NCBI GenBank assembly: GCA_002633005.1
Contig: NMRA01000570.1
Coordinates: 95,737-159,736, forward strand
Direction of reading: 5' to 3'
Origin: Phoronis australis
Taxonomy: Eukaryota > Animalia > Phoronida
DNA: 64,000 nt
Made by a program: the position numbers and the translations under genes. How positions within the stretch are numbered: position 1 is the first letter of the stretch; every line of letters begins with the position of its first letter. The notes under the pieces were generated by a model. That model saw nothing but the letters and a program-made list of their open reading frames with translations, was not told the origin of the DNA and ran no database searches. Shown here piece by piece: positions 11,966 through 26,900 of this stretch.

Positions 11966-14900
11966 CTACAACAAATGTTAACATTTTAAGATGCATTTTG
12001 TCCTATTTAGCTTTTTGCGATACCAACTCAAACCTTAACCAATGCACATATTACGCGCCATTTTCGAATTCAAAATTTTAGGGTTGGCCAACTCCAAATG
12101 AACTCTGAAACATTTTCTTTTTTGGTGTTCTTGTTGGAAATAGGATCCTATCACTGTAAGGAATATCACGAGGCTGATTTTATGAGCCTAAATTATTTGA
12201 TTTTCGTTTTAAGCCAGCTGAACAGGGCAAAATGTAGCTCTTACATCTGACTGATGTAACTAATCATTAATGATAAATCATTACTATTCTGTAACAAAGT
12301 GATTATATTTAATTATAATTGTGCCAGTTGAAAGTACAACATATAGAGCATGTAACCATAACAACGCAGGCTTTCAAATCATTGGCTACAATTTGCCTTC
12401 TGTCGAAAATGATTTTTAATTTAGACCACTTATTAAATGTCTTACAATGAAATTCAAATTGTATTGTGGTTTTTGGGCTTGGGAATTGAACTAACAGTTT
12501 ACTATAATAGTTTCAAACCAATTTAAGCTCAATAAGCCTGCTTGACCCTGCTGGTCATTTTATGCCCTATAAGAATTATCTCGACCAATAACAAACTGCC
12601 AGCCCTTCCCAAGTCACAGAGATCACTTCTAATCCCAGTAAAGAAGAAGTTGGGACCAGTTTTAACACTGTAAGTGGTCCGTCTAAATCAAAAGTCATTT
12701 TTTTCAAAGGAGATATTTAGAGCCACTTCTACAAATAATTTGAATAGCTTTGTGTAGCTGTGATCCAGAACATCACTGACATGAACTTAGTCTAGTAACA
12801 ATCACTCTCCTAGTGTGTAACTTACGAACTAACAAAACAACCAAGGTAACATGATACAATCATAACACTCACTCTCTGGAACTATTTGTGTGTTGCGTCT
12901 CACGACATTTCTCAGCCAGTTATTCCCAGACGAGTGCGCCATCATATCCATGGAGCGAGAGTCAGATATGGCGTCCAAGTCCTCTTCTTCATTGATATAT
13001 TCCTGGGCATGGGCACTACAAATTTTACCTACAACAAAAATGTCAATGTTTTATTTTTTCTTTTTTTTGGAAACATCTGGGTTGGATTGCTCCATATCTT
13101 GTCAATACATTGATCAAATTTGAGTGAAAAAGATCTACTTAGGAAATACTCCCCAAATAACCCAACGCTTGTGGACTCTTGTAGCCAAAACATACCGGTG
13201 AGTCAAAATTTTGACTTCGGAAATTCAAGAATTTAAGCAAAACACGACTGAACTGCCATGTTCCTAGGGTATAACAAGCACAATATAATTTCGTTGACAG
13301 AAATACAGGATTAAAGACATTTCAAGTCTCCAGCAGCTTAGAGTAAATTGTAAGTATTGGTGAACTGTCATAATTTCGCATCCCAGATGACATTTAAAAG
13401 TCCTATAACACAGCGCTAATTAAGCCAAAAGTCAAACTTCAAACTGGAATAAATCTCCCATTGAAGCTGTCATTGATCTCCATTTGATTCGTGGTTTTAT
13501 GACACGTAATTACAGGAATGTGTTAATAAATGATAACAAAGAGTTCTGCCATGAAACAAAAAACAAAACAGAAGTTTTCAAGGATGTCGCTGTTATGGGG
13601 CATTAAGATTTATTTCCTTCTTATGTTTGTAACCCAAACTCTATACAAGCTTTCAAGTTGGTAACAAGAAATTCAATTAGAACTGAGCCTCATTCAATCT
13701 ATTTATCTTGCTTTATACACGGACAATACTACAGGCATTTCACAGGAATAAACACTTGACGGTTCGATGACGATACATTAAAATACAACTCAAATGCCAT
13801 AAATAAATGAAACAGCATGGCTGCTGCTTACCTCTGTGCTTGATGGCAACTTTACAGTAAGTGAACAGTTTGGTGAAGAGATTCAGAGGTGACGGTGTGG
13901 CCGATGTTTTGTTCATGTTTCTGATCAGCTTCGCTCGTCCAAACTTCCACTCGGTATCCGACTGCGCCTGGATACGCTGATAGGTGTCCGACATCATAGC
14001 GATGAGAAGATTGATTAACACAATCAATGTAACCAACATGTACAACCCGAAGACTCCTTTCACAACTGTTATCGCCCAAATTGGGGTACGGTTAACTAAA
14101 GGCAGGTTCTCAGGCTCAACGAGTCCAAACAAGGAGAAGAATAACATCTCAAATGTGTCGATAGGCGTGAGAAAGGCTACCTGACCCCCATCTCCTGTAC
14201 CATCCCCAAGTGTGGCATTCACTGGTGGCTCTGGAAAAACGGGTTGATAGACCGCGGCTAGGTGAACGGTGAAGCCAGCGATGAAGATTAAAAGAATGAC
14301 AAGAAAACGGACCAGATCTTGCATTAAGTCTTGAATGATGATGGCCCAGGGACCAAATAAATGGTGGAATGTCAGGAAGTCTAACAACTGAACGAAGCAC
14401 AAAAGTAGGGCTCCAGCAAAGAACTGATTGCGAACGTACAACATCTCATACCGCTGATTAGCGTGGGTGTCTATAGGGAAAGCTATGCCTACGAGATGAC
14501 AGGCTATTCCTATGGCACAAATTCCAATGATGATGACGCGTATCCAGCCAATGCCGGCCCTGTCGCCAGGATTGGTCAGCTCGGAGACCAGCAGCCCAGA
14601 CAGCCATGCCAGCAGCAGCCACTCATACCAGTACGGTAACATACTACTCGACTCGTATATAGGATTCAGTGGCAGGACGATGGTGATGATAAACAATACA
14701 ATGAGATAGATGTGCGACACTAGATAAGCCATGAATTTGATTATAGGTATTTTGTTGAACCTGTGCTTGAGCGGCAGGGAAAACGCTAACCACACCGGCG
14801 GTACAAGAACAAAGGCAATGAACAACATCGCCAGCTTCCAGCCTTTCCACTTCAAGTTGCCGACCCAGACGTCGGATAAATACTTCTGTATTGTAGGATG

Positions 14901-17900
14901 AGACACGACCTCCTTCTGTTCGTTTTCAATCAGGACGTCCAGAAACGGCGTCCCTTTACAGTCCACAGACTTCAGTAGGATACTGGCTCCACTCGAGCTG
15001 GCCGCAATAGCCATCAACTCCGTTGCCATGGTTTCAGAGAACTGGCCACAGGCCAACAAGTCCTTAGCGCGTTCTTTCTCTCTCGTTGCCAATAGACTGA
15101 AGTTCTTTGACATCTTGGCCGCCGTGTCCACTGGGGCGGGTGACAACAGAATGAACTCTTCGATGGTCTTATTGTTGTTGGTCTTTCCACAAACCATCAG
15201 GTCAAACACAAACTGGAAAATTAAAACATCAGAAAATTGAAGGATAGTAAGTGTTTTAAAATATGTAAGCATGAAACGAAGTTAAATATTTTGAAATTTT
15301 TAACAATTTTCAGACTATTGGACCTTCAAATTAAAGGACCTAAACTCAGCTGAACATTCATTAGTCTGAATTATAATGGCTAAAAAGAAAATTATGTCAA
15401 ATAGCTTGAAATATATATTTTTGTAAATTTCTTCAAGCTGTTGGGCCTTTACACAAATGATCTGCAACCCTGAAAACAACTGTGTGATCCAGAAGTGTAT
15501 TATGTTCAAAAGAATGTCAAGTCATATGTTAAATACATTTGTCAGGCAAAGGACTTTTGTACCAGAAAAGGAATATCAAGGCAACGATTTCTTCCATTCC
15601 CACATACACATTGTCTCACAACATGACATCCTTTGCCAACAGATACCTTCTTATCCTCCATCAACTGCTGTGTATTGTGGTCCTTTCTCATCAAGTAACT
15701 CAGTACATCCGTGTGATTGGCTGAGGCAGCGTAACACAGCGCCACCTTACCATCCTTTGTCTCGAGGCTTGGTGATCCACCACTTTCAATTAACAGCTTG
15801 ACAACCTTCAAGAATCCGGCTTTGGCGGCAAAATGCAATGCCGTCCATCCGTTCTGCAAAATACAATCAAATGTAAGTAAACAACCATAAGGTTATCAGT
15901 TGAAAGGTTACAATATCTGATCGAGGTCCATTAATAAAAATTCTCCTTTCTTAAACCAATGAGCAACAGTTTGGATGTGCCCTTCCCAACTACAAGACCT
16001 ATAGAAAATGCAGACTTTAACGATATCAATTTTCATAGATGACTATGTTACGTAACTGTTAATGGCCATTATGTAATCAAAGCCAAATCAACTTTGAACA
16101 GAGGCCACCAAACATCACTCAAGACACAACTCTGAAGCAAACCAATTAAAGCGCACCACCCTTCAAGTTAGCTTTCAACTGTCATCCATTAATTGTGACT
16201 GGTCAGTTTCTGGTTGAGTCTAAAAGCCTTGCAGACCCAAGATCCTCTTGTTTTAAAAGTATTCAAGCAGCGCTATTACTTGTCAAACACAGCAAGAAAG
16301 GAAACAACCTTTCATGTTTAGTTCTATTCAAACCCCAACTTCAACATAGGGCAACCAGACCTGGCAGATTTCTGATATAGTTTTGCCCAAACCTATCACA
16401 GCACCGTCATACCGAATATCAGTTAACAACAAATCAGTAGGCCTAATTGATAATTCCTCACTTTTGTTCAGCTGTCCCAGTCTATTTTGGTAGACTTCAG
16501 CAAACAACAGAATGGGTTGCAAAGGTCATATATGAAGAAACTGTAAATTTTCAATTGGACACTTCCAGGTTAGCTATAGGATAATTAAGTCATGTGACCC
16601 AATTAAGTCACGTGACCCGCCAAGTGCCAGTGTTAAAACTGGTGCTTACTTTTCGAATCTTGTGCAGATAAGGCTGAGCTACTATTGGTACGTTGCTTTG
16701 TAAAGTGATGTGCTTCTCATTCAAATTCTCACTAGATTCTCACTCGCAGTTCTCACTCAAATGGCTCTTTTAGTTAAAATATCACTGGAATCTCATTGGA
16801 ATCCAGTGAGATTCCCACTTTCTTTTTCATAAGGCGTGTACGTAACTGCTATAGGTCACGTGTTGTGATGTGAAATATTGCAGCACAGCTGGAATAAATT
16901 GAAATCTCAAAATACTAAACATTGATGAGAAACACAACGAACATTGATGAGAAACACAACGCACATGGCGGGTCTAAACAAAACTAAAACAGCATACCTT
17001 ATCACATGTGTTAATGTCTGCTCCTTGTCCAAGCAATAATGCCACCATGTCAAGATGACCATTGGCTGCAGAAAGGTGGAGACCCGTGCGCCCCCTTTTG
17101 TCCTTGACGTGAATCTGTGACGTGGACTTGCTTAGCAAGAGGCTGACCACAGGAGTGTGTCCACTCTGGGCAGCCAAGTGGAGTGGGATGGCACCCTAAG
17201 AGATACATGCATAGAGTGAGCGTAAGCGACACCTTCTAGTATTGGTACAGTTGCATCTCACGTAACAAGAATATTGACACATGTCACAAATGTGACAAAT
17301 GTCACATAAATGATGCATGTGAGCAGAATCTAGTTATTAATAGACATATAGCTTTAATCTGTGTCATTATTTGAAAAAATGATTAAGAGCAAAGGTAATC
17401 CCGATATAATTATCATAACATGATGGCTTTACCAATTGATTTTGAGATTTCAAGCAGTACACTTCAATGCTTCACAACAATAAACAGTGACAGCGAAATG
17501 TAATCTTGAAATAATTACATAACAAAACGAAGGATTTTTAAATACTAATTAACTGAACATTATTGTTTTATGACAGTTAAGGATGCACAACACAAGAAAT
17601 GAAAAAATACATTCAATACATCAATACTTAATGTTTAATAATAATGCTGCAAATATTTTCCAGTAATACACCAAAAGCAATCCACAGCTGTTAAACTATA
17701 TTCATGTATTTTGTTAGAAAATATTTCAATAAAATATTAGGATATGTAAATATCCACAAAAACTGCAATGTCATTGTCACTGACAAACTTTTAACCTTAA
17801 TATCACACACAGAATAATTATAATCAATTGATGTGAATGGTAATTTTAGAAGTGACGGTGGCTGGGCTCAGAACAGACTTGGGTAAATTTGTCTCAATTT

Positions 17901-20900
17901 AGACCAACATACTAGCTACAGCAAAATTTCATCTTCAAGTTTCATTGTGGGTATCAAGTAATCTTTTAAAATAAGCTAAATCCTTCCCTTAAAATAACTT
18001 TGTATTAGCTTAAGCAAAATGGTATGCAACCTACTTTTGCTTTTTGTTTAGCTTTTCAATGATTCTTTGTTTTTCAGTGTTCATAAAGTCATAGAGGTGC
18101 TACTATAGAGGCTAATATCCACTCTCTGTGTGGTTTTAGCAAACACGTACAACATGAAACAGTTAACCACTGAGTCCGACATACAACAAGGAAATTATTA
18201 CAAAACTCATTAAAAGAACATGAATATTTTTCAAAAAGTATTCCAGACAAGTACAAAAAGCAGATAAAAGAGGTCAGCAGTAAGCATGTAGAAAAGAGCA
18301 CTTTAGATTGTACAAAATGACATTAACTTCCATCAGAGAAATTCCTTTAGAAATGACCAAGTAACGTTACATTTGGTTGGTTGGGAAGCAAGTTCGAAGC
18401 AGGGAAATCAAATATCCATGACTAAACCATAATGCATACAGAAAGCACTGAACTTGAACAATATAACTAGAAAAATAGTTGGTCCACAATAGAAGCAAGG
18501 CAATACTGGAGAGAACTTAGGGTAGTGCAAAAAGGGGAGGAGTGTTGTAGGTGGTGAATACGTTACTATGGTGACCAATACCTGAGGAATGCTATACACC
18601 TACAACAGCATGCAAGTAAACATGAGTGCTCAATTCAAGCAAATCTCAGCCACTAGGAACTAAAACGCATGCTCAAAGATATTGACGTAAGTGATGTTGA
18701 TTATAAAGAAGTAATTGCCCATTTTAGTGAAAAATGAAACATTAAACATGCACTCACATGCACTCACGTATAAGGATGGTTGTTCACAAGCAACATTTCA
18801 TTTGATGATGGTGAGATAAAATTAGAATAGAGAACCTAGCTCTTGTTTACTACTTTGTTTTTTAAAGGTGTCCACAAATGCTCCCATCGGTCTCTTGTTG
18901 ATATCAGTTTTTTTATTTAAACAAGGTGCAAGTGTAAGAAAAAACACCACTGCAAACTTCCGGAAGGGAAAACCATGAACATATTTTAAGAGCTGGAAAA
19001 GTATTTGTCTATTACTTAGATGCCATGGCCACAGTGTTGATGCAGACAATAATTTTTGTTCATTAGGAAATGATCAATGAGTCTGTGCATTTCTAGATAA
19101 AGAAAAAATAATCTGCCTTGTGTTAAAAAGTGGTAAAAAATCAAAATTTTCCAATATGTCTCATCACAAAAAGCACCTCAGATGTGGGAAGGTATACCAA
19201 CAACCGTGATTTTGTAAGTCAGAAGGTGTGTGCAAGTGTGCGTGCGTGTGTGTTTGTGATGCTGTTTGTCTTAAGCATATCATTTATTTGAAGTACTTAT
19301 TATTTCGAGATATAAGTTATTAAAAACTGATCAAATATGCTCCAACAGATGGCGATCCATTCACAAACCTGCGCATTCGTAGCAGCATCAGCCATAACAC
19401 CAGATGAGTTCAGAAGCAGACGTACTAATCCCTCATGGCCAGACTGAGCAGCCAAGTGTAATGGTGTTAGGCCAGACTGAAATGTAATGAAAACAATTGA
19501 AGGAAGTCGTCTCAGTATTTTTAACACACTTTTCTCAAAAACAAATCAAAGTTCATTGCCTTTAAATACCAAAATTAAGGTTATATGTAAACTTATTGGC
19601 AAGACTGTGCAGTTACGATAACTAAATATCTGTAAAACTATCACGTTTAATTCAGTCAGTAAAATAGTACTTCTGAAAGTAGAAATTAATCTTTGACTTT
19701 ACATCATTCTGCCAATAACTGTGTCGCATGACATGTCCTTTTAGTAAAATTCAGCAAGAAAAGAAAGGCACATTTGTTGCAAAGCAAATGTCATGACAAA
19801 ATTTCTTTGAAGATATAAATGTTAGAAGAATATAAAATCTTGGAAATGCCATAACAATCATCTAAATTATCATTTTATAAAAAGCCAAAACGTTCTATAT
19901 TGTGATACACCCTCAAGCATAAGTGGAACATACGACACATCCTTTTATAAAGTCCTGCATAAAGCAATTTGAAAGCATTTGAATGCTTGATTTGAATCTG
20001 ATCATTCATGGTGTCATCATTTATGGTGTCAAAAGACACTCAGCCAAATTGTGATTTTTCTAGAGGTTCACAAAACTTCAATGGTAGAATGTGAACAACT
20101 TAGTAAATGCCAAGATGCATCAGTGAGTTGTTCATATGATCATCATCGTCAAAATACCCAAATTAACTCCAGATCAAACACTGTTTCACAAAAATTGAAA
20201 GCATTATCTTCATGGATTCCAAAGTTTACTTTTGAATTATATAACATTACCTAACAACTGTTTTGAAATATTGAAAATGACAACCAAGTGAAATCAAGTC
20301 CATATCATCAACCTCAATAAAACCAACAAGCTTATAAAAGCAAATCAGGCCCCAGAAGCAACTGGATCTATCAAGAAGCAAATAATGTAAAATTTAAAAA
20401 GTTCACTTGCCATTAAAACAAAAATACAAGTTTCAAAAGTTGTTCATCAGAGAGGGTGGTGTATTTGTCCTAAAAGATTGTTTAGAATGATACCAATATG
20501 TAGTTCAGGTAATCCAGTGGCCACCAAAAGAGGTCAGCACATCATGTAAGAGGCAGTCCTCACTCGGGGGTCTCTGTGTTGAGCATGTAACAATGAAACT
20601 ATACCTCAGCTGACAAGTCCTTAAGGCCATCACTTGGACTCTCACTCTTAACAGTAGCTGGAACTTTGGTCAACATCTCACGCACAAAATCTATTTGTCC
20701 AAAATGTGCGGCCACATGCAGAGCAGTAAGACCAGTCTGAAACAAACAACAAGGTAGAAATTGTTCTCGTAACATGAACACATGCCATTCATATCTTAGT
20801 TACACAATAGCAAAACTGAGAAAATGACATGTTCATATAACATGTAAAGATTCTCCTATTAGAACAGGATTTGGTGGACATTAAAATGACATTTTCATCA

Positions 20901-23900
20901 AAATTTCAAACAGGAGAATTCTACTTCATTCCAAGTAGAGTTATAAGATAAACATGCTTTAATTCCGTGACTGAAGACTACTTATCGATCTGCAAAAAAT
21001 TTTGGCGATTACGATAAATTGCCCCTAAATAGTAAAAAAAGAAATCACAATGCTGTATTTGAAACGCTTTCATTCAAGAGAAAAAAATCTCATTTCTCAA
21101 AATCATAAAAACACCCAATTCCTTTCTTGTCACAAACATCCGTGACCTACATTCAAAGTTGTAGGTTTTACCATGCATTACCTTAGAACTGGTAATATTC
21201 CAGGAAACAGATCCCTTGAGGGCCTCCAGTATCTGCACATGACCCTGTTTTGCAGCCAAATGTATGGCGGTCATTCCATCCTGTAGGTATGAATACAAGG
21301 ATTGAGTGACTCACTTTACTTACACAGACAAGACCCATTACCTAATATGTAACAGTACACCCTTATCAATGATTATTGTACCGTGAACAATTGAAAGATT
21401 CAAGGCAAAAATAAGCATTGCCATTTTGAATGATCTCAAAACTGCGTGTTCTTCAATTTTTTCATTGCTTTCAAATATTTGATTTTCGTTTGTTTTCATG
21501 CATGTCTTGCATCATCAGAGATGGCAGAAATTCAATTACTCCAACAACTTTTTAACCTTTTACTTGTCAATTAGAAATTAAGAATTTCTAGGACAACTTC
21601 CCCATGAGCATTTCATTCATGCATAAAAATTATTTATTCTGTGAAAAAAACTGTCAATTTTAAACAACAAATCATAGTTCATATCATCGTGGTCGTACAG
21701 CATTTTCATCCGAGGCAGATGCCCCTGCGTCCAGCAACACACGGCACACTTCTGTGTGGCCCCCCTCAGCAGCCAAGTGTAAAGAGGTCGAGTCATTCGT
21801 CTGAAATGACAATTGAAATTACAGCATAATTTTATTTCTTGAACAAATTTATGAACATGGATCACACACCTGAAGGAGGTATGGCAAAGTCGTGCCACTT
21901 TCAAACTGCTCACCAATACATTTCGTGACAATTGTATAAATAGTAAAATTTTACAACCTTTAACACACTCCATCATAAATATTTTTATACGCTTTTCTTA
22001 CTTTATAACACCTGGCACTGTTTTTTTTCTTAATCCTCTGCAAACTACTTTGGAATCCGTAATTTCATTCCATCACAACAAATATTGAATGTAGTTCTCA
22101 CAACACATGAAGATGTTCTAAACATATAGTGCTAAACAGAATCCCCCACTCTGTCTCTACTTTAGAATGAAAGCAACACAAACAGTAATTAGTATTCAAA
22201 ATCAGCTGGTTATGAATCAGTCCAATAATTCTGTATTTATTAAATTCTTGCACTAATTACCCTGTTTCTAGCCGTTGTCATGACGACCTTGTTAAACTTC
22301 ATCAGCTCCTTGATGACTGCTACACTGCCCTTGGACGCTGCGATGTGTGCACAGGTCATTCCGTTCTGCAATAGAAAGATGCCAACATAGTACTTTTCAA
22401 TTAATTATAAATTTCAACAGGTATGCGGATATCAGACACTGCGGGTCTTTAAACTAGCGACACATAGGATCAGGAAACTCTTACTGTCTTCTGGATTAGA
22501 CTTGTGACAGAAAATCTTTTGAAAAAATATCTCTATACATTTGACATCTATTATGAAATAAATTTTCAAAAGGCCAGAACATTTGGTACTGTTGAAAAGT
22601 AAATAACACAACAGAATTTTTCTGTTGATTAAGACAAGTAGAAAAAAAAATAATTTAAAGGCAACGCCAAAAGAATTGTGTAAAACCCACACTGATCAAA
22701 AACATCATGGAACAGAAATTCCATATTTATACTAGATTCCTATAAAAGATGGATTGAACAGGATCAGGGTCATGCTATAGGAATACTGAAACATGCAATT
22801 AAGAAACAAAAAAGAAAAATGGACCACTTCCACATGCTCAAAGAGCCTCAGCAGAACCTAACTCCAATAACCTACTTATATGTGCTACATGATAAAATCA
22901 AATCAAACCAAAACAAAATAATAGTATATAAATCTTCATGGTAAAATGACACTCATATCCATAAACAATTAGTTGGACAAACAAGGCTTTACTTGGCTAG
23001 TTAACATCCAAAGCCTTCTATATAATTATATTAACGTTGACTACAGGTATATTCAGCCATACACAAGCATTTCGTGTCAGCCGCCTAGCCAGACCACCTA
23101 ATGCCATCTACAGCATTATTGTATTACTGTACAGATTCTGTCTATGAATTCATACACCACAGTTGACAAATGGTAATAAGAACTGGTTAATCACTTACAG
23201 CATAATATGATAGTCACAATTGTGATCTGAAAATATCAAGTCAGAAAAGATCCAGTTCCGACTGCATGGGGGCATTTTCAGATTTGATATCATATGGTCA
23301 CATCTGTGACTAACATGCAGCATGTGTAACACATGAACCAAACAGTAATTAAGTATGTTATATTCATTGTATATTGGAATAGATTAAAATTCATGGACCC
23401 TGCTTTTTGTGTACTAGACATTGGCACAAAGGAAAAATAATGAAAATAACACTTTAAATACGTGATATTCATCATTTTAATTTACGTATAATAGTAAAGT
23501 CTGTGGTTGTTGTGTATGAATTTATAAACAATTTATTATTAATCTAACTGCATGCGAATGTATCACTTGGAAAGTTTACTTACATGATCCTTAAAAAGAA
23601 GACGCAACACAAGGTTAATATTGACAAAAGAGTGCAAATACAAAAATTACAGAAATGATCAGAAAATCTCCCATCAAAAATATGAAAACAAAGCTTTGAT
23701 GATATGACAGAAAAAAATTCTACAGCTGTATAAATTCAATCAAATCATCTAGTATAGTTTTTGTTTGAAAATTGATACGGTGGTGAAGTATTTACAATAA
23801 TCCGTCTTTCAAGTGAGCTAAGCAAAACTGATGAGATCCCATGCCTGCCAGAGAATGGGTCATTGAGCTGATTGTGGCTGAATTGACATGACACTGCATT

Positions 23901-26900
23901 AAAGATCTTGCTAGCATTTTTGTGACTTTTGAAAAAAGGTTCCGCTCCTTGGCTGAAATTAATGTGGGAGGGCACTTTTTGTAGGTTTCAAAATGACTCA
24001 AGTCCAGACCAGAATCAGATACAAGTATGCTTTTTGGACAAATCCATTGATTTTAGAATTACCAAAATAAAAGTCAGAATAGATTCAACTTATTAGGAAG
24101 TCTAATGCACGTCAGATGATCAGATGTTCCTCACTCTAGTAACCAAATGGGTGTTCTACCTTTTCACATTACGTGTGCAGCACCAGTGCAAAACATCTGA
24201 GAATCAATACAATGCGTTCCTTGTGACATGGTTACCTAGTCCACACCAGGAAACAATGAAACAATGCTTTTTCATAACATTCCAAATATCAAATCTTGAA
24301 ATATACAAAAAGTATCAAAGTTACCGAGTTAGGTTTACAATTAAAGTAGAAGGCAAAATAATTCATTGTGAATCAAAAGAGCAAAACTTGTTCGAAAAAT
24401 CAAAAACATGCACACCATTTCAGATGTTATTTGAAAATTTACAGCAAAGTTTACATGACTTACCGTATTTGCCATGGTAACCAGTTCTGGCTTGTGCTTC
24501 AGAAACAACTTGACCACATCTGAGTGGTCATTCTCAGCAGCCAAATGGAGAGGAGTTTGGCCATGCTGAAAATACAAGGGACCAATTTTTAATCCAATTC
24601 ACTAACACAACATACCACAATACCTGCAATATCGTGTCAATAGATGAGAATAATGCAACACGGCATATAATTAATTCTCCACTGGCTTGTTTTTGTCACA
24701 AAAATAATGACTAACAAAATTAATATCTTACTGCTTATTGTCAATATTATAACTAGAATGGATTTTCTCAAAAGAGGAAGTTATCAAAGTTGTATACTAT
24801 ATATGGCTTGAGCTAAAATCACCGCGGACTCTTAAAACTTGTCACAAAAAATAAAATGATCACCTCTTTTGGTTTGAGATAAAAAACATTCCTTTATAAA
24901 TGCACAATACTTTTTCTCAATGTTAGTCATCATACATCAGAAATTGTCAAACATTTTCATATGTTTTGAAATGTTAACATGCAGCTCTCAATTTTCAGAT
25001 AATGATCCAGTTTCAGAATCCAAATTTGATGAAAATTTGCATTCAAGTTATCACAGGAAACCACTAACTATGCAACAGTTCTAAGACTTGTAATAGAGGC
25101 CTGAGCTTTTGTTAGTTTCATATGTGCTCCAGACCTGGGCTGTGTAAGAGATCCAGCACTTATTAATAAGATCAAAACTAAATGATGAGTAAAAGGTCAA
25201 CTTTGGCAATCATCCACTCAAATGTCACAAATGTTTGAGCGTCATTATGTTCACAATGTTTTTATTTCAGGACTCTGATCTCTGTTTACGGCATTGTATA
25301 TAGTACTATTTGCTTTATCTAATAAAGCCCTTAGCTAACCCTGTATTTTAATTACTGGAGTAGACCAGAAATGTATTAGGGACTGGCTTCTTCAATTGTA
25401 AACCCACCTTCTATTGCAAGCTTTGCGGTGTAATCTCTTTACATGTAACAATATCACTTACCTCATCTGTGGCCACTGGGTCAGCCTTCATCTTTAGCAG
25501 GGTACTACACACTTCCATCTGGCCATTTTGAGCAGCTAAGTGAAGTGGGGTCTTCTTAGCCTAAATATTTAAGAAAGCAAACTTAGGCAACTTGAAAGTA
25601 ATGTAAGATAAGTTTGCAAGAGTAAGCTTGGCATCAGAAGACTACCTAATGTACACCAGCGAACGGTAACTTAATATAAATGTTAAACCAGCGTCGACAA
25701 GTATATAACAACTGAGTTCAAGTCCCAGTCGGTGCCAGAAATCTTTTCAGACTATTCATTAGGTCACATAATGTGGCCAATAGGTGGCATGCAGACTAGC
25801 CTTAAAAATGCATGTTTGTGAGCTAACTTGAAACATAAAAAACTCTAAAGAGTTTCCCAATAGATTCCTCACTACGGTTCCAGTATGTTGTCGTGAATTT
25901 ACAATCAAAGCATTTCACAATAGTCATTGAGCAATTTCTAAATGTTTCTCACTTTTCCTGTGCATTACTTACCAAGGTAAGAGCATCAATAGTTGCCCCA
26001 TGTGTCTCTATCAATAGTCGCACCAGCTTGTTGTATCCATTCTGTGCAGCTAAGTGCAAAGGGGTCACACCTAGTTTGGACTTGGCGTTAACAAACGCCT
26101 TATGCCACAACAATACGTCTGCCACGTGGTCGTGACCGCTCTCCGCCGCTAGGTGAAGGGCTGCCTTTCCGTGCTACAAATGGAAACAACACACTCCAGC
26201 TTCAGCAAAAAGTTTTGATTTGAAACAATTCAATAAATTCTGCACAGCGAGTTTTCAAATAAATTCAAGTGAGTGAAAGCTGAGTGCTGACAAATAGGTT
26301 CCCGTCCTAACTAGCATAGACTAGCAGATTATGGCTACAAAAGACTTAACTGATTGGACAGCGTGGATGGAATCTTAGGAGTAATTATTTCCATTCCATA
26401 AGCTGAAATTTTTCGACACATGTGTCTTGTGAACGTTTTGAGTAACAGAACACACTCCTTGCACCTTGTGTAGGGTGTTAACATTGATTGCATAATATAA
26501 AAAAATGAATGAACAACAGATGCAAACCCACAAACTGCAATGCAAAGTGTACTATTCTCGCTTATTTCTACAAACTAAGGATACCGTGACGACAACCACT
26601 CCTGCACAGGTCTGGCGAGAGGGCAGCACAGATGGAGTGGTTGCACACAAAATAGAGGTAAACAAATCAATCCAAAGGAGACAAACTTTTGACGATATGG
26701 ATTAGAGGCACATTACCTCATCAAACACATCCACTCTGGCATGGTTAGCCAACAATATCTTCACTATCTCCAAATGGCCCTGTTCACTGGCTACAAGCAA
26801 AGGGGACCAGCCATTCTGAAAACAAACAAATTCAAAACTTCATAACTGGCAATTTGTGTAGCAAATAAGCGATTTTTTGGTCGTCAACCCTTTTGCTAAT

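Noticed and set aside
13740-15272. 510-aa ORF as a stand-alone TRP channel gene
   Set aside because: Its first 20 and last about 30 codons are intronic read-through; the true exon is 13832-15212 with canonical splice sites joining the flanking exons
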